The position numbers and the translations under genes were made by a program. Of a stretch of DNA of 64,000 bases, positions 58,936 to 64,000 are shown in pieces. The notes beneath the pieces were generated by a model. That model made no database searches, had not been told where the DNA came from, and was given only the letters and a program-made list of their open reading frames with translations. Origin of the DNA: an uncultured Pelagibacteraceae bacterium (GTDB lineage Bacteria > Pseudomonadota > Alphaproteobacteria > Pelagibacterales > Pelagibacteraceae). The first letter of the stretch is position 1, and each line of letters opens with the position of its first letter. The stretch lies in assembly GCA_902590285.1 (NCBI GenBank), contig CACIWE010000001.1, positions 19,496-83,495 of the forward strand. The letters are read 5' to 3'.

Positions 58936-59744
58936 ATAAAATCAGATAAATCTTTAAACACTATTGGTATATTTTTTGTTTTTGTATTCTTTTGGAACCA
59001 ATAAGGCATATATCTTTCAGCTAAAAAGCCATATATTCTTTTCAATCCGTATCCTTCTAAATTAAAACCAAATTCATTTTCACATTTTTCAAGCCATGGA
59101 AATATTGATTGATAAAATTCATTTAATATTTTTGAGGATTTACAAATGAACATATTGTTTGGATTAAAAGAGACTGAGTTCTCAAGAAATTTTTTAAAAT
59201 CATTCCTGTCATCTTTATTTAAAAGTTCAATTGCTTTATCTATATTTCCATGACCGTGCATCATGTCAAAATGAAATTTTAAATTTCTTTTTTGTTTATT
59301 AAAAAGCAAAGAGGGATTTTTTAAAAATGAAATTAAATTTTTTTTAATAAATTTCGATAGTCTAAATTGATTTATAAACATTGGGTTACCTAAAATAACA
59401 TCATAATTTTGATATTCTTTTGGAATTGATTTTACAATAACTTTGCAAAAATTTTCAAATTTACTAATGTTTTCATTTTGATTGAATGACCAGAATCTTC
59501 TATATTGACAAAAACCAATCCAATTATCTTTTAATTCATGTAAATAATTTTTCCAAATCCAATAATGAAAACTATATTCTCCGTAATTTGGATTTTTAAA
59601 TGAAATATTGTTTCCAGTATTATCTCTAAAAAAACCCTCTGGATGATTTCCCTCTCCTGTTCTAACTGGAAGGTAACCAATTTTTTTAATTAAATTTAAA
59701 TGGTCATTACGACTAGTTATACAAAACATCGAAAGTTTGTTCAT
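58932..59744 (-). CDS. DUF4422-like putative glycosyltransferase
   Basis: DNTGNNIS.KNP.Y.E..F.YWIWKN, GFCQYRR, NMFI and GFLAER motifs. Confidence 0.8.
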   Translation of the reverse strand: MNKLSMFCITSRNDHLNLIKKIGYLPVRTGEGNHPEGFFRDNTGNNISFKNPNYGEYSFHYWIWKNYLHELKDNWIGFCQYRRFWSFNQNENISKFENFCKVIVKSIPKEYQNYDVILGNPMFINQFRLSKFIKKNLISFLKNPSLLFNKQKRNLKFHFDMMHGHGNIDKAIELLNKDDRNDFKKFLENSVSFNPNNMFICKSSKILNEFYQSIFPWLEKCENEFGFNLEGYGLKRIYGFLAERYMPYWFQKNTKTKNIPIVFKDLSDFI

Positions 59745-59750
59745 AAATTA

Positions 59751-59827
59751 TGGTAGCGAGGGGCGGATTCGAACCGCCGACCCCAGGCTTATGAGTCCTG
59801 TGCTCTAACCAACTGAGCTACCTCGCC
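59751..59827 (-). tRNA. tRNA with CAT anticodon, probably elongator tRNA-Met
   Basis: GGCGAGGTAGCTCAGTTGGTTAGAGCACAGGACTCATAAGCCTGGGGTCGGCGGTTCGAATCCGCCCCTCGCTACCA: 77-nt cloverleaf with encoded CCA. Lacks initiator features; Ile2 not fully excluded. Confidence 0.93.
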
Positions 59828-59902
59828 AATAGCAAACTTTATAATATATTTGATTAACTAAATCATTAGTTAGTTAGCGCTAAAAATTGGTAAAAATTGA
59901 AA

Positions 59903-60085
59903 TTAAATTGTAAGGATTATACCGAAAACAGTTACAGCAGAAACAGCGGCTACTCCTAGAGCTAAATTTCTTTTTTTTTCGATTTTTTTCTCTTCATTCA
60001 ATCTAGAAAGTAAATCAGTAACTTTAACTCTTCCTTGATGGTTGAAATCTGAATTGCTGTTTTCTACATTGTACTGTGTGCTCAT
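59903..60085 (-). CDS. Small tail-anchored membrane protein, unknown function
   Basis: MSTQ...RVKVTDLLSRLNEEKKIEKKRNL followed by a C-terminal hydrophobic helix; ATG 60085 preferred. Confidence 0.65.
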   Translation of the reverse strand: MSTQYNVENSNSDFNHQGRVKVTDLLSRLNEEKKIEKKRNLALGVAAVSAVTVFGIILTI

Positions 60086-60189
60086 AGGTCTTATTAAAGC
60101 AGAAATTATTAAACTTGTAATGTTTGTGAAGAGCAAAATGGGTTTCAGAAAATAACTTGACCCAAAATGGGATAAAATAAGATTTTTGT

Positions 60190-61302
60190 TTATAATAGTT
60201 CTAAAGCAGGAGTGTATTTTAAATTAAAAGCATCAGATACTCCTTTATGGGTAATTTCCCCCTTATAAACATTTAAACCAGCTAGATAATTTTTGTTTTC
60301 TTTTAAAGTTTTTTTATAACCTTGGTCTGCTAGTTTTAATAATAGAGGTAAAGTTGCTTTATTAAGCGCCATAGTAGATGTTCTTGGAACTCCCCCAGGC
60401 ATATTTGCTACGCAATAATGAACAACTTCGTCGACCATGAAAGTTGGATTAGCATGTGTTGTCGGTTTACTTGTTTCTACGCATCCTCCTTGATCAATAG
60501 CAACATCAACTATTACTGATCCTCTTTTCATAGATTTTATCATTTCTTTAGTTACTAATTTAGGTGCCTCGGCACCTGGAATTAAAACTCCGCCTACTAA
60601 TAAATCGCACTCAGAAATTAATTTTTTTAAATCTGTTTTACTACTTTCTGTGGGAATAATTTTGTCTCCAAATCGTTTGTGTAAGTCTTCTAATCTTTTT
60701 TTTGATTTATCAACTACGTAAACTTTTCCTCTCATACCTGTAGCTATAATTGCAGCATTTTCTCCAACCACCCCTCCACCGAGTATTACGACATTTGCGG
60801 ACTCTACACCTGGTGCTCCACCAATTAGTAAGCCTCTGCCCTTTTGGTTTTTTTCTAAACAATGAGCTCCTGCTTGAATGGACATTCTTCCAGCAACAGC
60901 ACTCATGGGGGCAAGTAATGGTAAACGTCCATTATCATCAGTTACTGTTTCGTAAGCTATACAGATTGATTTTGAATTCATTAAACCTAATGTTAATTCT
61001 TTTGCTGCAGCCAAATGTAAGTAAGTATAAATTATTTGTCCCTCTCTTATCATATTAACCTCGTTTAATTGAGGTTCTTTAACTTTGACAATTAATTCAG
61101 CTTTTTTAAAAATTTCTTCAGGTGTATTAATTATTTTAGCTCCAGCTTTAAGGTAATCCTCATTAGTAAATCCTGCTTCTAAACCTCCATTATTTTCAAC
61201 TAATACTTGATGATTTCTATCAACTAAGGTTTTGACGCTATCAGGTGTTAAGCCGATCCTATGCTCTTGAAGCTTTATCTCTTTTGGAACTCCAACGATC
61301 AT
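60190..61302 (-). CDS. ald: Alanine dehydrogenase
   Basis: GVPKEIK, KVKEP, YLHLAA, PMSAVAGR, DVAIDQGG and VANMPG motifs. Confidence 0.96.
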   Translation of the reverse strand: MIVGVPKEIKLQEHRIGLTPDSVKTLVDRNHQVLVENNGGLEAGFTNEDYLKAGAKIINTPEEIFKKAELIVKVKEPQLNEVNMIREGQIIYTYLHLAAAKELTLGLMNSKSICIAYETVTDDNGRLPLLAPMSAVAGRMSIQAGAHCLEKNQKGRGLLIGGAPGVESANVVILGGGVVGENAAIIATGMRGKVYVVDKSKKRLEDLHKRFGDKIIPTESSKTDLKKLISECDLLVGGVLIPGAEAPKLVTKEMIKSMKRGSVIVDVAIDQGGCVETSKPTTHANPTFMVDEVVHYCVANMPGGVPRTSTMALNKATLPLLLKLADQGYKKTLKENKNYLAGLNVYKGEITHKGVSDAFNLKYTPALELL

Positions 61303-62646
61303 TTAAGACTTTGAGTAGTTAGTAATACCTGTTCTTAATTTTTCTATAATTTCATCGATATGCTTTTTCTCACATATAAATTGAGGGGCTATAATTAATG
61401 AGTCTCCAGTATTTTTGAAATTAACACCAGCATCATAGCAATGTTTAAAGGTTTGAAAACCAGCCTTTCCGGGCTTATCTTTCATTCTCATTTCAATTCC
61501 ACCCATCATTCCATAACCTCTGATACTTACAATTTCTTTAATATCTTTTAGGGAGTGTAATCCGTCTTGTAAATAAGGTGACATTTCTTTTGCTCTATTG
61601 AAAATATCTTCTTTGTCAAATATATCTTGAACTGCTAAACCTGCAGCCACAGCTGCCGGAATACCAGAATATGTATACCCATGAAATAATTCTGGTGTAC
61701 CTTCTGGGTTTTTAGAAGAGTCTAATACAGCATCATACATTTCTTCTTTAACTGCAACTACTCCCATTGGAATAACACCATTTGTTGTAGCTTTAGCCAT
61801 TGTAATCATATCAGGTGTTACACCAAACTCTTGTGATGCAAATGCAGAACCAGTTCTACCCCAACCAGTAATAACTTCGTCAAAAATCAAAAGAATACCG
61901 TGCTTGTCACAAATTTCTCTTATTCTTTTTAAGTATCCTTTTGGTGGAACTAAAGTTCCTGTTGATCCTGCAATAGGTTCAACTATACAGGCTGCAATAT
62001 TTTCTCCTCCAAAATTCATAGCTATTCGCTCTAAATCTTCGGCCATTTCAACACCAGTGTTAGGTTGACCTTTTACAAATTTATGTTCAGGTAAATGAGT
62101 ATGTCTCATATGTTGAACACCAGGCATTAAAACACTCGCAAAAGTTTTCACATTATTAATCATTCCTCCAACGGTAGTCGCACCAATATTCATTCCGTGA
62201 TAACCTCTTTCACGACCAACAAATCTAAATCTTTTTGAGTCACCTTTTGCTCTATGATAAGCGATAGCAATTTTAATTGCTGTTTCGACTGCAGTAGATC
62301 CACAAATTGTATAAAATATTCTATTAATCCCTTCAGGAGTTTTTTTTGCAATTCTTGTTGCAAGTTCAAATGATCCTCCGTAACCTTGATTAAATGGTTG
62401 ACAATAATCTAATTTTTCTAATTGTTTTGAAACAGCTTCAGTAATTTCTTTTCTTCCATGACCAAGCGGATTGCAAAATAATCCAGAGCTTGCATCTATC
62501 ATTTTTTTACCTTGATGATTGGTTAAGTAAACTCCCTTTGCGTCAGTAATTAATCTTGGATTTTTTTTAAAAGTTTTATTGTCTGTAAATGGCATCCAGT
62601 GCTCATTTAAAGAATTAGGTATATTAGTTCTATTTGAAGCGCTCAT
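61303..62646 (-). CDS. Class III PLP aminotransferase, omega-amino acid--pyruvate type (taurine/hypotaurine/beta-alanine)
   Basis: HWMPFT, GRERGYHG, VEPIAGSTG, FDEVITG.GR, MAK and HGYTYSG motifs; coupled to ald and divergent from tauA. Confidence 0.85.
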   Translation of the reverse strand: MSASNRTNIPNSLNEHWMPFTDNKTFKKNPRLITDAKGVYLTNHQGKKMIDASSGLFCNPLGHGRKEITEAVSKQLEKLDYCQPFNQGYGGSFELATRIAKKTPEGINRIFYTICGSTAVETAIKIAIAYHRAKGDSKRFRFVGRERGYHGMNIGATTVGGMINNVKTFASVLMPGVQHMRHTHLPEHKFVKGQPNTGVEMAEDLERIAMNFGGENIAACIVEPIAGSTGTLVPPKGYLKRIREICDKHGILLIFDEVITGWGRTGSAFASQEFGVTPDMITMAKATTNGVIPMGVVAVKEEMYDAVLDSSKNPEGTPELFHGYTYSGIPAAVAAGLAVQDIFDKEDIFNRAKEMSPYLQDGLHSLKDIKEIVSIRGYGMMGGIEMRMKDKPGKAGFQTFKHCYDAGVNFKNTGDSLIIAPQFICEKKHIDEIIEKLRTGITNYSKS

Positions 62647-62802
62647 AATTCATCTTGTAGACTATTGTTATAGTTTGACAAGAAATATAACATACAATCT
62701 TTAGTTGTAAAATCAATATGACCTTACATAACCAATCAACTATTTACTTCTTAATGAATTTAATTTTAAATCTTAGTATTAAACAAACCATATGGGAGAA
62801 CT

Positions 62803-63741
62803 ATGAAAAAAATAATAAGCACAGTTCTTGGGATTTTATTTGCGTTTACTCTAACTGCTACAGTAGCTAATTCTGCTGCAAAAGAAGTAAGAGTTGCGTA
62901 CTTCTTGGAATGGCCATCTCCAAATCTTGAGGACATGAATAAAAAAGCATATTCAAAAGCACTTGGTGTACCGGTTAAGTGGACAAATTTCACGAACGGT
63001 GTAGCAATGACTGATGCTATGTTAGCAGGAGATATCGATATCTCTTACTCACAAGGTTTAATGCCTTACATCAATGCTGTTAAGGCAAAAGCACCTATCA
63101 GTTTAGTAGACGTTGCAATGGAATACGGAATGGGAGGAACAACATGTGTTACTTCTAACAAGTCTGGTATTACAAAAGCAAATGCTTCTGAACTTGAAGG
63201 TAAGAAAGTTGCAGTTCCTCTAGGAACTATGGCTGAATACGTTTTCACAGAAAGTATGAAAATAGTTGGTGCTGATAGAAAAAAAATGGAAATTATTGCA
63301 ATGGACCCTGAAGAAGGTGCTGCTGCATTAGTAAGTGGTGACGTTGTAATGGCATGTTTATTTGGAGGTAACTCTATTAAATCTGCTACATCTGTTGGAA
63401 AAAGACTTCTAACAGTTGATGAAGCTCGTGCTGGAGGTATCATGGGAATAGATATCGTTTCTGTAACAAATAAATTTATGAAAGAAAATCCTGGTATGTT
63501 AAAATCTTTTGTAGAATTAACTCATGAAGCTAATGAGAGATACAGAAAAGGTGGAAGTGATATGAAAGCTATGTCTAAAGAGTCAGAAATGAAAGTTGCT
63601 GACATGAAAGACACTTTAAGTGGCTTCAAATTCTTAACGCCAAAAGAAACAAAAAAATCTATGAAGAGTGGAAACCTTGCTAAGTTTTTAAAAGGTTTTG
63701 ACACTCCAAGAGGTACAGTAACTACTAAGTTTTTACCGTAA
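62803..63741 (+). CDS. tauA: Taurine/sulfonate ABC substrate-binding protein
   Basis: Signal peptide, VAYFLEW, L.GKKVAVPLGT; RBS GGGAG; followed by a TauB-like ATPase. Confidence 0.8.
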   Translation: MKKIISTVLGILFAFTLTATVANSAAKEVRVAYFLEWPSPNLEDMNKKAYSKALGVPVKWTNFTNGVAMTDAMLAGDIDISYSQGLMPYINAVKAKAPISLVDVAMEYGMGGTTCVTSNKSGITKANASELEGKKVAVPLGTMAEYVFTESMKIVGADRKKMEIIAMDPEEGAAALVSGDVVMACLFGGNSIKSATSVGKRLLTVDEARAGGIMGIDIVSVTNKFMKENPGMLKSFVELTHEANERYRKGGSDMKAMSKESEMKVADMKDTLSGFKFLTPKETKKSMKSGNLAKFLKGFDTPRGTVTTKFLP

Positions 63742-63758
63742 TTCTTGAAAGTAAAATT

Positions 63759-63795
63759 ATAGGCACCAATGAAGATTATTGGTGCCTATTTTTTT
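63759..63795 (+). terminator. Rho-independent terminator/attenuating hairpin after tauA
   Basis: ATAGGCACCAAT-gaagatt-ATTGGTGCCTAT, a perfect 12-bp stem followed by a T-run. Confidence 0.85.
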
Positions 63796-63821
63796 ACGCA
63801 AATATCTAATATAGTTCTTTT

Positions 63822-64000
63822 ATGAGCAATCTGATTTCTCAAAATTTAAATATGATATTTAAAACTCCCAAGGGAGAAACTGTACACGCTCTAAAAGATT
63901 TAAATTTTACAATTAAAAAAGGAGAGTTGCTTACTGTGCTTGGACCTTCAGGTTGTGGTAAGACAACTTTATTAAATATCACAGCAGGATTCATTAGGCC
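63822..64000 (+). CDS. tauB: Taurine ABC transporter ATP-binding protein, 3'-truncated by window edge
   Basis: Manual translation [57 protein letters not shown] contains a Walker A motif. Confidence 0.85.
   Translation, partial: MSNLISQNLNMIFKTPKGETVHALKDLNFTIKKGELLTVLGPSGCGKTTLLNITAGFIR

Noticed and set aside
53983-59827. Integrative element or prophage at tRNA-Met
   Set aside because: No integrase, phage genes or duplicated tRNA 3' end were found.
62647-62802. Possible SAM-V or other riboswitch upstream of tauA or the aminotransferase
   Set aside because: No recognisable conserved riboswitch core or stable stem by eye; an Rfam covariance search would be needed to exclude it.
676-63704. 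Numerous 60-125 aa ORFs antisense to or nested in recognised genes (e.g. 6654-6890, 14958-15269, 40910-41281, 63066-63443)
   Set aside because: Shadow ORFs overlapping well-supported genes, with no recognisable motifs.

Overview
A very AT-rich, tightly packed bacterial chromosome segment with about 65 CDS, one tRNA and mostly overlapping or abutting genes. Gene content and streamlining point to a marine Pelagibacterales (SAR11)-like alphaproteobacterium (inference). Housekeeping blocks: purB-purC-purS-purQ-purL, bolA-grxD, rpsD, cimA-cysS-nadE, class II DAHP synthase, glmS, nrdAB, dusA-rpoZ and zur-znuBC/znuA. Other modules: glucosylglycerate synthesis (gpgP-gpgS), prpBC, tandem ProX-type binding proteins with proW, an rml/glycosyltransferase cluster beside tRNA-Met, and ald/aminotransferase/tauAB. 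The standout is a tightly coupled operon: mtnP, a cis-CaaD/Cg10062-like tautomerase, mtnA, a FucA-type aldolase, a SpeD-SpeE fusion and a nitrilase, with apt divergent. It looks like a polyamine/MTA-salvage (DHAP-shunt-type) module carrying an unexplained enzyme that retains all six cis-CaaD catalytic residues. Other oddities: a GlmU lacking its uridyltransferase domain, a reduced two-gene ATP-grasp/Anbu locus, LexA-like and NrdR-like boxes before nrdAB, tandem Zur boxes, and divergent genes only 2 bp apart. No mobile element, prophage or CRISPR array was seen. All calls come from motif recognition by eye; no searches were run.
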